64,000 nucleotides of DNA, from NCBI GenBank assembly GCA_035631395.1, contig DASQIU010000045.1:12521-76520 (forward strand), in the 5' to 3' direction. Below are positions 9,903 to 20,415 of the stretch, piece after piece. Under the pieces are notes generated by a model, which made no database searches, was not told the DNA's origin, and worked only from the letters and a program-made list of their open reading frames with translations. This stretch comes from Daejeonella sp. GTDB lineage: Bacteria; Bacteroidota; Bacteroidia; Sphingobacteriales; Sphingobacteriaceae. How positions within the stretch are numbered: the stretch's first letter is position 1; each line of letters begins with the position of its first letter. A program made the position numbers and the translations under genes.

Positions 9903-10484
9903 CTATTTTTTAAAGGTGATTTTTTTGCGGATCCGGCTCAAAGTTTCTGGAGCAATGCCCAGATAAGAGGCTATTAAATGTTGCGGAAAACGATGGATAA
10001 TATCCGGATAGGTACTTAATAGTTTCAGATATTTTTCTTCCGTAGAATAACTTAAAGAACTCAAAATGCGGCTTTGCAAGGCAATTAAGCTATTTTGCAT
10101 TAAAATACGCAGATAGCGCTCCATTTTGGGCACTTTTAGCACCATGCTTTCATAATCCGGCAGGCTTAATAACAAGATTTCGCTATCCTCCAGCGCATCA
10201 ATCATATAGCTGGAAGGTTCGGAAGTGAAAAAGCTGTAATTATCAGAAATCCACCAGCCTTCTAAAGCAAACTGAACAATATGTTCATGCCCTTTATCGT
10301 CGATGGTATAGGAACGTAAAGCCCCTTTTTCAATAAATACTACATATTTACAAACTTCGCCGGCCTGCAGAAAATATTGTTTTTTACGAAGCTTTTTAGG
10401 AGTAAAAAAGGGTTTAATACTTTCCTGTTCTTCAGGAGAGAGACTTATTTTTTCATCGATTTTTTGAAACAATATCTCAAACAT
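9903..10484 (-). CDS. Crp/Fnr-family transcriptional regulator
   Basis: 193 aa. cNMP-binding-like N-terminal domain and a C-terminal HTH (LIASYLGIAPETLSRIRKK). Confidence 0.8.
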   Translation of the reverse strand: MFEILFQKIDEKISLSPEEQESIKPFFTPKKLRKKQYFLQAGEVCKYVVFIEKGALRSYTIDDKGHEHIVQFALEGWWISDNYSFFTSEPSSYMIDALEDSEILLLSLPDYESMVLKVPKMERYLRILMQNSLIALQSRILSSLSYSTEEKYLKLLSTYPDIIHRFPQHLIASYLGIAPETLSRIRKKITFKK

Positions 10485-10510
10485 AGATTAAAAAGCTTGC
10501 ATCTAATTTA

Positions 10511-10541
10511 AGAAAAAGTACAGGGCCAAGAGCTCTGTACT
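10511..10541 (-). terminator. terminator hairpin after the nucleoside-recognition gene
   Basis: On the minus strand, the agtacag/ctgtact stem is followed by a T-run. Confidence 0.45.
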
Positions 10542-10584
10542 GAAAGGATCCTTCATTCTATGAACACATTTTTTCCGCCATATG

Positions 10585-10622
10585 AATTAATGCAAATTCG
10601 TTTACTTCGTGCAATTGGTTTT
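10585..10622 (+). repeat. partial copy (3' module) of the dispersed intergenic repeat
   Basis: gcaaattcgtttacttcgtgcaattggttttt resembles attcgtttaattcgtgcaagtaatgttttt at 7590-7620. Confidence 0.5.
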
Positions 10623-11866
10623 TATTTGATCGTTGCCCCAAAAAACAAATAAGAAATAATAATGGCGGCAATAACTCCGGCTAATTCGGCCAATAAGGCG
10701 CAAGGCAGGGCATGCCTTAATCTTTTAATAGAAACTGATCCGAAATAGACAGCCAGCACATAAAAAGTGGTTTCGGTTGATCCCTGGATTACACAGGCTA
10801 CCCGTGAAGCAAAATCATCGGCTCCTTTGGAATTCATTAAATCAACCATCAGACCGCGGGCGCCGCTGCCGCTTAGCGGTTTCATCATGGCAACCGGTAA
10901 AGCCTGCACAAAACTGGTATCTACACCAAACAGTCCGAAGAAAGAACCAACTCCCTGCACCACATAATCCATGGTGCCCGAAGCACGAAAAACACCTACG
11001 GCAACTAAAATCCCAACTAAATAAGGAATAATTTTTACGGCCACTTCAAAACCTTCCTTAGCGCCTTCTATAAAGGTTTCATAGACATTGATCTTTCGAA
11101 CCAGGGCCAGTACAATAAAGGAGACAATGATACCATACAACATCACATTGCCCGCTACTTTAGAAATGATAGCGATCTGGTCTTGCTGTAGGGTGGAAAA
11201 ATAATAGAGGATGCCACCAATAATGGCAACTAAACCGCCCAAATAAGTAATAATAGTTTTTTGCAGCAGGTTAATTTTTTGATAAACCGCTACCGCGATT
11301 AAGCCGGTAATAGTTGAAAAGAACGTGGCCAGCAAAATGGGAATGAATACATCTGAAGGATCTATGGCACCCGCTTCTTTGCGGTAGGCCATGATACTAA
11401 TGGGGATCAGGGTTAGGCTGGAGGCATTGAGTACCAGAAACATGATCTGGGCATTGGTAGCCGTGTCTTTATTAGGATTCAGCTCCTGCAATTCCTTCAT
11501 GGCTTTTAGCCCCACCGGCGTAGCGGCATTATCCAGCCCCAGCATATTAGCCGAAAAGTTCATTAAAATAGAGCCGTAGGCCGGATGATCTTTGGGAACT
11601 CCAGGGAATAGTTTTTGAAAAAAGGGACCCACAGCCCGGGAAAAAACCTGGATCATACCACCTTTCTCGCCAATTTTCATAATTCCCAGCCAAAAAGCCA
11701 TTAAACCGGCCAGTCCCAACGAAATTTCGGCCCCGGTTTTGGCGCTGTCAAACGTCCCGCTGACTATTTTTTGGAATATATCGTAATCCTGAAAAACAAT
11801 TAATTTAAAAAGGGCAACCGCAAAGGTGGTGAGGAAAAATGCAATCCAGACGTAATTCAGAGCCAT
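10622..11866 (-). CDS. nucleoside recognition domain membrane protein (fused SpmA/SpmB-like)
   Basis: 414 aa and polytopic. The N-terminus MALNYVWIAFFL...GAEISLGLAGLMAFWLGIMKIGEKGG resembles SpmA/SpmB-type proteins. Confidence 0.7.
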   Translation of the reverse strand: MALNYVWIAFFLTTFAVALFKLIVFQDYDIFQKIVSGTFDSAKTGAEISLGLAGLMAFWLGIMKIGEKGGMIQVFSRAVGPFFQKLFPGVPKDHPAYGSILMNFSANMLGLDNAATPVGLKAMKELQELNPNKDTATNAQIMFLVLNASSLTLIPISIMAYRKEAGAIDPSDVFIPILLATFFSTITGLIAVAVYQKINLLQKTIITYLGGLVAIIGGILYYFSTLQQDQIAIISKVAGNVMLYGIIVSFIVLALVRKINVYETFIEGAKEGFEVAVKIIPYLVGILVAVGVFRASGTMDYVVQGVGSFFGLFGVDTSFVQALPVAMMKPLSGSGARGLMVDLMNSKGADDFASRVACVIQGSTETTFYVLAVYFGSVSIKRLRHALPCALLAELAGVIAAIIISYLFFGATIK

Positions 11867-11919
11867 ATATTAGAAATGGAGGTTTTTTTTGTTGTTCGTA
11901 AAAAGTTCAGCCGCGTAAA

Positions 11920-13107
11920 TTAGAAGTTTTTGTTTGTTATTCGGCCATTTTCTATCGATAAAATTGTAGAAAAACCATCTTGAAGTATAAAATCGGCCGG
12001 CTGCTGATGCTCTAAAGGCCGGGTCAGGATGAATTTATAAGAGCTGGCATCTAAAGTTTCATAACCAAAATAGTTTTCCAGGTCCCCCAGATCTTCTACC
12101 AGGTAGGTATAAGAAACAGAACGACGATCATTATTTAACTCCTGCAGCGCAATCAAACCAATATCACTTTGGTAGCTGATGGTTCCTAAATTGATCTGGG
12201 CATTTTTGATCAGGATGTGAAAATGGCGCTTATCATTTTGGGGGATTATTGAGTAATCCGCTTCGGTTTCCTGTTGATAGGTATTATTGGCAATACATTC
12301 TAATCCCGATAGGATGGCCCGGAAGATAAATTTACGAATATGCTGTTTTTCCGGATCATGGGCATAACTGCCTGCTTCGATCAAAATGGTGCTGGTGCCA
12401 GCTGCCTGAAAATTATCGCCAAAGGCCCGGGATTCATACTCATCACTAAATCGGGCGGTATGATTGGGTAAAACCTGTTGCAGCTTTTTATAAGTATAGC
12501 TGATGACTTGCATGGCTTTCTGCCGAACCGGATTTACGGAAACGGCCTCATCAAAAGGAGGGGCCAGTAGAGAAATTGTTGCGGGCAAGCCACTTTTTCC
12601 CGCCGACCAAACCGGACCCTGATCGTGCAGATTAAAGCCAAATTCCGGCTGTATTTCATCCCGGAGTTTACGCAATAAGCGACCTTCAGGACTTTGCTGA
12701 TGCTTAAAATCTCGGTTAATATCTATTCCCTGTGCATTGCGGCGTGTAAAAATCTCAGCTCCATCCGGGTTTACCATGGGTAAGATGTATAAGGTGCAAT
12801 TTTCTAAAATAGCCTGACGCAAGGGATTAAACTCATCATCGGCTACTAAAAAATTGAAAAAATCAAATAAAGCCATGGTTGCTGTTGGCTCATCGCCATG
12901 CATCTGGCTCCATAAAAAAATGCGTTTTTTACCGGTTCCAACTTTCACCAGAGAGATGGAACGTCCTTCTACCGATTGGCCAACCTCCCTTAAATGAAAT
13001 ATTTCCGGATTTAATTTTTTTAATAGATTTTGCAGATCGGCATGCTTGAAAAAACGGTTATTCAGAGCGCTTTCGCGATATTGTTCAAAACGGGTGATTA
13101 TTTCCAT
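11920..13107 (-). CDS. M14-family zinc carboxypeptidase
   Basis: WSQMHGDEPTAT (HxxE zinc site) and MVNPDGAEIFTRRNAQGIDINRDF. Start trimmed to MEIITRF because the track N-terminal extension runs into a dispersed repeat copy. Confidence 0.75.
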   Translation of the reverse strand: MEIITRFEQYRESALNNRFFKHADLQNLLKKLNPEIFHLREVGQSVEGRSISLVKVGTGKKRIFLWSQMHGDEPTATMALFDFFNFLVADDEFNPLRQAILENCTLYILPMVNPDGAEIFTRRNAQGIDINRDFKHQQSPEGRLLRKLRDEIQPEFGFNLHDQGPVWSAGKSGLPATISLLAPPFDEAVSVNPVRQKAMQVISYTYKKLQQVLPNHTARFSDEYESRAFGDNFQAAGTSTILIEAGSYAHDPEKQHIRKFIFRAILSGLECIANNTYQQETEADYSIIPQNDKRHFHILIKNAQINLGTISYQSDIGLIALQELNNDRRSVSYTYLVEDLGDLENYFGYETLDASSYKFILTRPLEHQQPADFILQDGFSTILSIENGRITNKNF

Positions 13108-13126
13108 AACGCCGCTAATGTAGAAA

Positions 13127-13262
13127 TTTGTGAGGACGTTTGTCGTTTTTCGTCCATCCTCTATCACTTTCTCTTATGAATTCGGATACTTCTTGAAATT
13201 CGTTCTTTTTGTCTTATCGACTAAGAATTTGTGTGAATTCGTCTAATTCGGTGTTTATCTCA
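13127..13262 (+). repeat. dispersed intergenic repeat, copy C (5' and 3' modules)
   Basis: Shares the exact 17-mer gtcgtttttcgtccatc with the copy at 16255-16424. Shares gaattcgtctaattcg with the reverse complement of 26775-26792. Confidence 0.65.
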
Positions 13263-13290
13263 TAAAAAAAGGCTGCCTTTTGGGCAGCCC
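13263..13290 (-). terminator. rho-independent terminator after the S9 peptidase gene
   Basis: The minus strand reads gggctgcccaaaaggcagcc followed by ttttttt. Confidence 0.7.
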
Positions 13291-13311
13291 GTGCTATTAA
13301 TATTTGATTTT

Positions 13312-16161
13312 TTATTTATCGGCAGCTTGAGGGGTGGCAATTTCAAAACCCCAGTTACGGCCTTTTTCTGTGGCTGGAACGCCTTTTTCCATCCATACCG
13401 GAGCTGGTTTTCCTTTCAGGTAATGATCAAAAAACTGTTGTTCGCGGATCTGGATATCTTTTCTGTTCTGACGTAAAACCAGGTTATGAGCTTCATTATT
13501 ATAGTTCAGCATCCAAACCGGTTTACTCAGACGGCGCAAGGCAGTGAACATTTCAATACCCTGATACCATGGTACGGCTCCATCGGCATCATTGGCCATA
13601 ATTACTACCGGAGTATTTACATTCGGTAAATGGAATAAAGGTGAGTTTTCGATATATAACTCGGGTTTTTCCCATAAAGTAGCACCAATGCGGCTTTGTG
13701 TTTTCTCATATTGAAACTGACGGTTCATACCAGTTTCCCAACGAATACCACCATACGCCGAAGTCATGTTTACTACCGGAGCGCCGGCCCAGGCTGCAGC
13801 ATACATATTGGTTCGGGTAATGAGGTGCGCTACCTGATAACCGCCCCAGCTTTGACCCTGGATACCGATTTTGCTGCCATCTACCCAAGGATTCTTTTTT
13901 AAGGCTTCTACTCCTGAATTGATAAATTCTTCAGCAGAACGACCCGGATAACCGGTTTCATAGCTGATATCGGGTGTGAAAACCAGGTAACCATTACTCA
14001 CAAAATAAGTGATATTTAAGCGAGATGGAGTAGGCGCCGGAGCCGTATAATTATATAAACCGTCTGATACCTTCTCATAGAAGTAAACGATCATCGGGTA
14101 TTTTTTTGCCGGATCAAAATCCTCAGGTTTATATAAAACACCTTCGGATGTATAGCCTTTTGGCGTAGTCCATTTAACCAGTTCGGCGGTACCCCAGTTG
14201 TAATTGCTTTGCTGTGGGTTGGTGGCGCTTAATTTGGTTTCTTTTTTGAAATCAGCAGAAATGTAAACATCAGGTGAAGCCTGGAAGTTGGATTTTTCAT
14301 AGATCATTACCACTGCATTGCCGGCTTGCTCGGCACGTGTGTAATTGTATTTATCCATGATCACCAGCTCCGGATTTTTCTGATCACTGATGTTCTTTTT
14401 GTACCAGCCATTTTCTTTGGATACGTTATTAAAGGCTTCCAGCCATAAAGGCTTCTGCGAATTAATAAAGCGCTCTTTAGAATTGAGGCTGTTGTATCTG
14501 AAAGTAATTTTCTGAGCTCTGCCTATTCCGTTGGTCAGGTTTTTATGCTGGCCATTTTCCGGGTTGAAGCTCCAGATATCATAACGATCGTAAATCAAAA
14601 CGTTTTGGTCATTTTGAGTCCAACCGGCCTGGCCGTAAGGGCTAGGATCATCGGGTACATCATTATCTTCCTGATAAAACTTGATATCCATGCCGGCATT
14701 TAAATGAACCTGTTTGCCACCTTTTACTGAATAGGCATACCAGTTGCTATTGGCCCGGTCATACCAGGTAACATAGCTTGCATTAGGCGACATGCTGGCA
14801 AAACCACGAACTTTTGAAGCAATTTGTTTGCGACTTCCATCAATGGTAGAAACCAGGTAAATATTCCGTTGGGTAGAACCCGTCCATTGCATTTCTACGC
14901 GGTTGCCAAAATCGGTGCTTGCTAAAGCAAACTCAGCATTTCCTTCATTGCCCAATTGTACATCGGTTACTTGCTCATCGGCCAATTGAATTATTTTGGA
15001 AGAAGCTGCTTTAGGGTAAATTACCGCCATATAGTTGCGCTTCAGATCACGATCCAGGTTTTTCAACTGCATAGGTTGCAGATAATCATCCTTATAGTTC
15101 CAGATATCTACTTTGGCTACTTCAAAATCAACAATGGTGGTGTCTTTAGGCGCCTGAATAGGGGCGGTGCCGAAAAACAGTTTTTCGCCATTTTTGCTGA
15201 AGGAGATTTTTCCATCGCCGCTAATGCTCCATTTGGTTGGCATACCTGAGGTACTGCGGTCGGCAATAACGCGGGCGCTATCTTGTCCGGAGCTGAAATA
15301 ATATAGTTTGTAGAATTTCTGTAAGGCTTTAGCCGGATCCTTTTCTGAAGCAAAGGCTAATTGGCTGCCGGTTTCGTCAAAGGCCAGGTTTTTATACTGA
15401 CCTTTTCCAGAACTGATTTTAGTTAAATGAGCTTTTTCAATATCATAGAGATATAAACCAGGAAGATTTTCAGTGTCTTTTTTGGCTCCGGTGCTTACAA
15501 AGGCAAGCAGTTTGCCATTTTTGCTCAGAATATAATCGGTTACATATTTAAAGGTTTTTTCCTGACCGCTTTTCAGATTGCGAAGTGTCAGATCAGTACC
15601 TTCGGCAGCAGCCGTAGCAGAACCTCCTTCATCATCAGCAAAATAGAAATCAGCATCTACTTTACCTTCCGCTTTCTTCTTAGCGGTATCGGCCGCAGGA
15701 GCTTTATCCAATAAATAAGCCACATAGCCGGAAGCTTTTTCAGGTAGTTTGTATGATTTTACCCGACCAACTTTCCAAACGGCGCTGGTTTCCAGACTTA
15801 CAATGCCCAGACTGTCTTTGGGCATATTGTCGGCTTTGGCTTTTTTAATTTTCGCCTGACGGGTTTCCTTATAAAAAGGCTTAATCAGGAAAACAGAGAA
15901 TTTAGAATCTTCTGTAAACTGAGCAGCAGGAACCCGGGGAACTGTTAAGGACTTTTTGTTTTTCAGGTTCGAAATAACCAGTCGGGCATCGCCTTCCTGC
16001 TGAGCTACGGAATACATAGCCCAAAGTCCGTCATTGCTGATTCGTTTGCTGGCAATGCTTTCCCAGCTATCGTAAACTGAATGATCTAAAGGCTTCTTCG
16101 ACTGGGCTAATACCCAAGCCGGTAAAGAAGCGATTGTGAAAAAAAGTATGAGTTTTCTCAT
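13312..16161 (-). CDS. S9-family serine peptidase with N-terminal beta-propeller region
   Basis: 949 aa. Signal peptide; nucleophile elbow GIQGQSWGGYQ; C-terminal alpha/beta hydrolase region with DADGAVPW and EAHNL. Confidence 0.85.
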   Translation of the reverse strand: MRKLILFFTIASLPAWVLAQSKKPLDHSVYDSWESIASKRISNDGLWAMYSVAQQEGDARLVISNLKNKKSLTVPRVPAAQFTEDSKFSVFLIKPFYKETRQAKIKKAKADNMPKDSLGIVSLETSAVWKVGRVKSYKLPEKASGYVAYLLDKAPAADTAKKKAEGKVDADFYFADDEGGSATAAAEGTDLTLRNLKSGQEKTFKYVTDYILSKNGKLLAFVSTGAKKDTENLPGLYLYDIEKAHLTKISSGKGQYKNLAFDETGSQLAFASEKDPAKALQKFYKLYYFSSGQDSARVIADRSTSGMPTKWSISGDGKISFSKNGEKLFFGTAPIQAPKDTTIVDFEVAKVDIWNYKDDYLQPMQLKNLDRDLKRNYMAVIYPKAASSKIIQLADEQVTDVQLGNEGNAEFALASTDFGNRVEMQWTGSTQRNIYLVSTIDGSRKQIASKVRGFASMSPNASYVTWYDRANSNWYAYSVKGGKQVHLNAGMDIKFYQEDNDVPDDPSPYGQAGWTQNDQNVLIYDRYDIWSFNPENGQHKNLTNGIGRAQKITFRYNSLNSKERFINSQKPLWLEAFNNVSKENGWYKKNISDQKNPELVIMDKYNYTRAEQAGNAVVMIYEKSNFQASPDVYISADFKKETKLSATNPQQSNYNWGTAELVKWTTPKGYTSEGVLYKPEDFDPAKKYPMIVYFYEKVSDGLYNYTAPAPTPSRLNITYFVSNGYLVFTPDISYETGYPGRSAEEFINSGVEALKKNPWVDGSKIGIQGQSWGGYQVAHLITRTNMYAAAWAGAPVVNMTSAYGGIRWETGMNRQFQYEKTQSRIGATLWEKPELYIENSPLFHLPNVNTPVVIMANDADGAVPWYQGIEMFTALRRLSKPVWMLNYNNEAHNLVLRQNRKDIQIREQQFFDHYLKGKPAPVWMEKGVPATEKGRNWGFEIATPQAADK

Positions 16162-16254
16162 ATTATCTAGGTGATTTTTTAATAAAGCTAAATATGCTGA
16201 ATTTCTGATAGAAGATGCGGATAGCTATTAAAAATATTACAATGGGTGGATGGT

Positions 16255-16424
16255 GTTGATTGTGAATCGTCCGTCGTTTTTCGTCCATCGTCTCTTTTGC
16301 TTATCGGTTGATGGTTTTGACGTTTAATTGATCCCGAAAAATCACTAATCCTAATTCAGACAATTTAACCTTAGGCAAAATCAATTCGTGTTCATTCGTC
16401 AATTCGTAAAATCAGTGTTTATAA
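16255..16424 (+). repeat. composite dispersed intergenic repeat, full copy B
   Basis: Same three modules and order as 7463-7620. The exact 21-mer aatcctaattcagacaattta is shared. Confidence 0.7.
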
Positions 16425-16452
16425 AAAAAGCTGCCTTTGTGGGGGCAGCTTC
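16423..16452 (-). terminator. rho-independent terminator after yidC
   Basis: The minus strand reads agctgcccccacaaaggcagct followed by ttttttt. Confidence 0.7.
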
Positions 16453-16471
16453 TCATCTTTAATTTTAATTT

Positions 16472-18304
16472 TTATTTTTTCTTGGTGGCAGCTTGTTGTT
16501 GCTGTTGGCGCATATAGTCTTCCATGCGTTTTTGGAAACCACCTTTCTTTTTCTCTGAAGTAGGTTTCTTTTTATTTTCCTGGATTTGGGCGTGGATTTT
16601 GGTATCGTCCACAAACATGCGAATGATATATTGCTGAGCAAAAGTTAACATGTTGGCCAGGAAATAGTAATAGTTTAAGCCGGCTGGATAGCTGTTAAGC
16701 ACTCCGAAGAAAATAATCGGGGTAATATAACCGATATATTTCATTTGGCCGGTTGCCCCTGAAACCTGGTTATTGAAATAGGTATAAATCAGCGTAGAAA
16801 TGGTCATCAGCACGCACATTAAACTGATATGATCTCCTAAAAATGGTAATGAAAAACCTAATTTGATAAATCCATCATAGGTTGATAAATCATTCATCCA
16901 CAGGAAACTCTCCTGGCGTAATTCAAACAAGTTAGGGAAGAAGAAGAAGAAGGCCATGATGATTGGCAATTGCAATAACATCGGCAAACAACCTCCCAGC
17001 GGATTTACTCCGGCCTGTTTGTACAGTTTCAGGTATTCCTGTTGTAAAAGGGTAGGGTTATCATCGCCAACTTTGGTCTTGATCTCTTCCATTTCAGGTT
17101 TTAAAACCCGCATTTTGGCCATAGAGAGATAAGATTTATAAGTAAGCGGGAATAAAACCACTTTTAACAGGATGGTTAAGGCCAGAATAATCCAACCATA
17201 ATTCCAGTTAAAACCTTGCAGGAAATCAAAAATAGGCAGTACCGCAAAACGATTGATATATTTTAAAGGCCAGTAACCCAAATCAATTTGTTTCTCAATT
17301 TCATAGCCCTGTGCTTTTAAAGTGTTGAATTTATTAGGGCCGAAATAAAACTCCATCGGATAAGTGCTCATATCCTGACGGCTAAATGGCAATTGCATAT
17401 TGGCCTTAAATCCTTTTACCACATCTTTTTGAGGCAAAGTATTTACAGCAATGGTGCTACCTTTATCAAATCCGTTTTTGGCAACCAGTACATTAGAGAA
17501 AAAGTGCTGTTTGAAGGATATCCATTGGATATTGTCATCGCTCAGATCTTTTTTATCATCTTTAGATACGCTTAAATGGTCAACGGAACCACTTACTGAT
17601 TTGAAATAAGCTGTAGAATAGCGGTGCTCACTAGTAATATCTTTTTCTTTTTGTTTTAAGATGGCTTCCCAATTCAGAATCAAGTGTTGTTGGGTAGGAA
17701 CAATCACATCCTGCATTCCTTTGGTTACAATGGTAAAGCCTACTTTATAGCTATCGCCTTTTAAAGTATAGATATAATCGATGTATTTCCCTTCGGCATA
17801 GCTCAAACGCATGGTCAATGAGCTGGAATCCTGGTTACTAACGCTCAGTGAAGGAACTGAAGACTGGAAATACAGATCGTTGGTATTAATATTCTTACCG
17901 GCAGCGCCAAAAACTAAACCGAATTTGCTGTCAGCCTCATCAAACATTACCACAGGTTTCTGGTCGAATGTTTTGTATTTTTTTAAGAGTACCGAAGCAA
18001 CGCGTCCGCCTTTAGGGCTGATACTTATTTTTACTAAATCATTTTCTAAGATAACAGGCGTATTGCTGCCGCCATGTGCCGCTCCAAAAGGGCCAGTTAA
18101 AACAGCAGAATCAATAGCTACCTTGGCCATACGGGTGGTATCCAGCGTGGCTGCTTTTGCCGGTTGTTTGTCGGCAACCCGGGCAATGGAGTCTTGAACT
18201 TCTCTTTCTCTTTTAATCTCCTGCTCTGAGGGTTTCAGGAAAAATGTAGAGCCTACTAAAATGATCAGGATCAAAAAGAGGCCTGTAAACGTATTTCTAT
18301 CCAT
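16472..18304 (-). CDS. yidC: membrane protein insertase YidC
   Basis: 610 aa. Long periplasmic domain and a conserved C-terminal core (GGCLPMLLQLPIIMAFFFFFP). Lies next to pyrG, as in many Bacteroidota. Confidence 0.92.
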   Translation of the reverse strand: MDRNTFTGLFLILIILVGSTFFLKPSEQEIKREREVQDSIARVADKQPAKAATLDTTRMAKVAIDSAVLTGPFGAAHGGSNTPVILENDLVKISISPKGGRVASVLLKKYKTFDQKPVVMFDEADSKFGLVFGAAGKNINTNDLYFQSSVPSLSVSNQDSSSLTMRLSYAEGKYIDYIYTLKGDSYKVGFTIVTKGMQDVIVPTQQHLILNWEAILKQKEKDITSEHRYSTAYFKSVSGSVDHLSVSKDDKKDLSDDNIQWISFKQHFFSNVLVAKNGFDKGSTIAVNTLPQKDVVKGFKANMQLPFSRQDMSTYPMEFYFGPNKFNTLKAQGYEIEKQIDLGYWPLKYINRFAVLPIFDFLQGFNWNYGWIILALTILLKVVLFPLTYKSYLSMAKMRVLKPEMEEIKTKVGDDNPTLLQQEYLKLYKQAGVNPLGGCLPMLLQLPIIMAFFFFFPNLFELRQESFLWMNDLSTYDGFIKLGFSLPFLGDHISLMCVLMTISTLIYTYFNNQVSGATGQMKYIGYITPIIFFGVLNSYPAGLNYYYFLANMLTFAQQYIIRMFVDDTKIHAQIQENKKKPTSEKKKGGFQKRMEDYMRQQQQQAATKKK

Positions 18305-18335
18305 TTCTAATTATTCGATATTGCTAAATCTGCAA

Positions 18336-19946
18336 TTACTTCTTTTTAACATGATTTAAAGAAGCGGCGACAAAGTTAACAAAAAGTGGATGCGGATTAT
18401 CAACTGTTGATTTTAATTCGGGATGGAATTGTGCGGCAATAAAAAATGGATGATCTTTGAGCTCCATAATTTCCACCAGGTTGTTTTCCGGATTTATTCC
18501 CGAGGCAATCATGCCCGCCTGTTCATATTGTTTTAAATAGCTGTTATTAAACTCATAACGATGGCGGTGGCGTTCTGAGATCTGGCTTTTGCCATAAATA
18601 GCTTCGGCTTTGCTGCCCTGCTTTAAATGGCAGGAATAAGCTCCGAGACGCATGGTACCACCTTTATTTTTAATTTTTTTCTGTTCTTCCATCATGGAAA
18701 TAACCGGATGTGGGGTATTTTCGTCCATTTCGGTACTCTGTGCACCTTCTAATCCCAGTTTATTCCGGCCAAATTCAACTACAGCACATTGCATGCCCAG
18801 GCAAATCCCGAAAAACGGAATATTGTGTTCCCGAACATATTTTATCGCTTCAATTTTGCCTTCCACACCACGGCTTCCAAAACCAGGGGCTACTAATACA
18901 CCATCCAAGCCTTTTAATTTTTCGGCGACATTTTCCTCATTTATGCCTTCTGAGTGGATAGATTTTACCTGAACTTTACATTCATTTTTAGCTCCGGCAT
19001 GAATAAATGCCTCAGATATGGACTTATAAGCATCGGGTAGTTCTACATATTTTCCAATCAAGCCAATTTTTACTTCGGCAGAAGAATTTTTCAAGCGGCT
19101 TAAATAGTCTTTCCAGCTTTGCATGTCCGGCTCATTTTTGTGCGGCATTTTCAGCTTGGTTAACACGGTTTTATCCAGTTGTTCTTTCAGCATTAGCATG
19201 GGCACATCATAAATGGTTGGCGCATCTATAGATTCAATAACCGCATTGATGTTTACATTACAGAAAAGGGCGATTTTTTTGCGCAGCTCCTGCGATAAAT
19301 GATGCTCAGTACGACAAACCAATATATCAGGCTGAATGCCATATTCCAGTAACATTTTTACCGAGTGCTGCGTAGGTTTGGTTTTCAGTTCGCCGGCGGC
19401 CGCCAAAAACGGAACCAGGGTTAAATGGATAACCAGTGAGCTGCTAGATCCCAGTTCCCAGCGCATTTGCCTTACTGCTTCAATAAAGGGTAAAGATTCA
19501 ATATCGCCAACAGTACCGCCTAACTCGGTAATTACGATATCATAATTTCCGGTTTCTCCCAGTATACGCATGTTGCGCTTAATTTCATCGGTAATATGAG
19601 GTACCACCTGAACGGTTTTACCCAAATAAGCACCTTCGCGTTCCTTTTTGATCACATTTTGGTAAATGCGGCCGGTAGTAATGTTGTTGGCCTGGGAGGT
19701 AGCCGTATTCAGAAAACGCTCATAATGTCCTAAATCCAGATCTGTTTCGGCTCCATCTTCAGTAACATAACATTCTCCATGCTCATAGGGATTTAAGGTT
19801 CCCGGATCAATATTGATATAGGGATCAAACTTTTGAATGGTTACGCGGTAGCCACGGGCCTGAAGTAATTTGGCTAATGAAGCGGAAATAATACCTTTTC
19901 CTAACGACGAAGTAACGCCGCCCGTAACAAAAATGTATTTGGTCAT
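18336..19946 (-). CDS. pyrG: CTP synthase
   Basis: 536 aa. [19 protein letters not shown]; GATase Cys in GICLGMQ; FHPE near the C-terminus. Confidence 0.97.
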   Translation of the reverse strand: MTKYIFVTGGVTSSLGKGIISASLAKLLQARGYRVTIQKFDPYINIDPGTLNPYEHGECYVTEDGAETDLDLGHYERFLNTATSQANNITTGRIYQNVIKKEREGAYLGKTVQVVPHITDEIKRNMRILGETGNYDIVITELGGTVGDIESLPFIEAVRQMRWELGSSSSLVIHLTLVPFLAAAGELKTKPTQHSVKMLLEYGIQPDILVCRTEHHLSQELRKKIALFCNVNINAVIESIDAPTIYDVPMLMLKEQLDKTVLTKLKMPHKNEPDMQSWKDYLSRLKNSSAEVKIGLIGKYVELPDAYKSISEAFIHAGAKNECKVQVKSIHSEGINEENVAEKLKGLDGVLVAPGFGSRGVEGKIEAIKYVREHNIPFFGICLGMQCAVVEFGRNKLGLEGAQSTEMDENTPHPVISMMEEQKKIKNKGGTMRLGAYSCHLKQGSKAEAIYGKSQISERHRHRYEFNNSYLKQYEQAGMIASGINPENNLVEIMELKDHPFFIAAQFHPELKSTVDNPHPLFVNFVAASLNHVKKK

Positions 19947-20104
19947 AATATTTAAAGGGTTTTCTCTGGGAATTTTATGCTCTTTTTCAGCAAAAAATCG
20001 TCATTTTGTACGGGATTCAAAAGTAAGAATTTTTTCCGGAATGCACCCTCTTGTGAGAAAATAAGGTTTTGTGGAAAAAGAAAAAACGGGAGTTTTTTAT
20101 ATTT

Positions 20105-20131
20105 AAAAAGCCCCATTTATAGGGGCTTTTT
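20105..20131. terminator. bidirectional-looking terminator hairpin
   Basis: The agcccc/ggggct stem is flanked by an A-run and a T-run. It lies downstream of the minus-strand small ORFs. Confidence 0.5.
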
Positions 20132-20217
20132 AAACTACACAATTAAATAACACCCGCAACCTTACTGCTATTAGCCAAAACGGATGTTATATCTTTAAAC
20201 TGTCAAATTCCAAAATA

Positions 20218-20346
20218 TCATTCAAACAGTTGTTTTAATAGAACCAAGAGAAAAATAATGCCCAAGATGATATCCAAGTATTTGAATCTGTTTTTTTGAA
20301 CCGATGGTATAAAAAATTTGGTAAACACGGCCTGAATTGTTTTCAT
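20218..20346 (-). CDS. possible 42-aa membrane peptide
   Basis: My translation gives MKTIQAVFTKFFIPSVQKNRFKYLDIILGIIFLLVLLKQLFE, with a C-terminal TM helix. It is below the ORF-track size cutoff. Its only support is an open frame plus the downstream terminator. Confidence 0.2.
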   Translation of the reverse strand: MKTIQAVFTKFFIPSVQKNRFKYLDIILGIIFLLVLLKQLFE

Positions 20347-20415
20347 ATTAGTCTGTAATTACATATAAAGCCAAGTTGGGTTGCTTTGGGTTTCAATAAA
20401 TCGAATCACAGCAGT

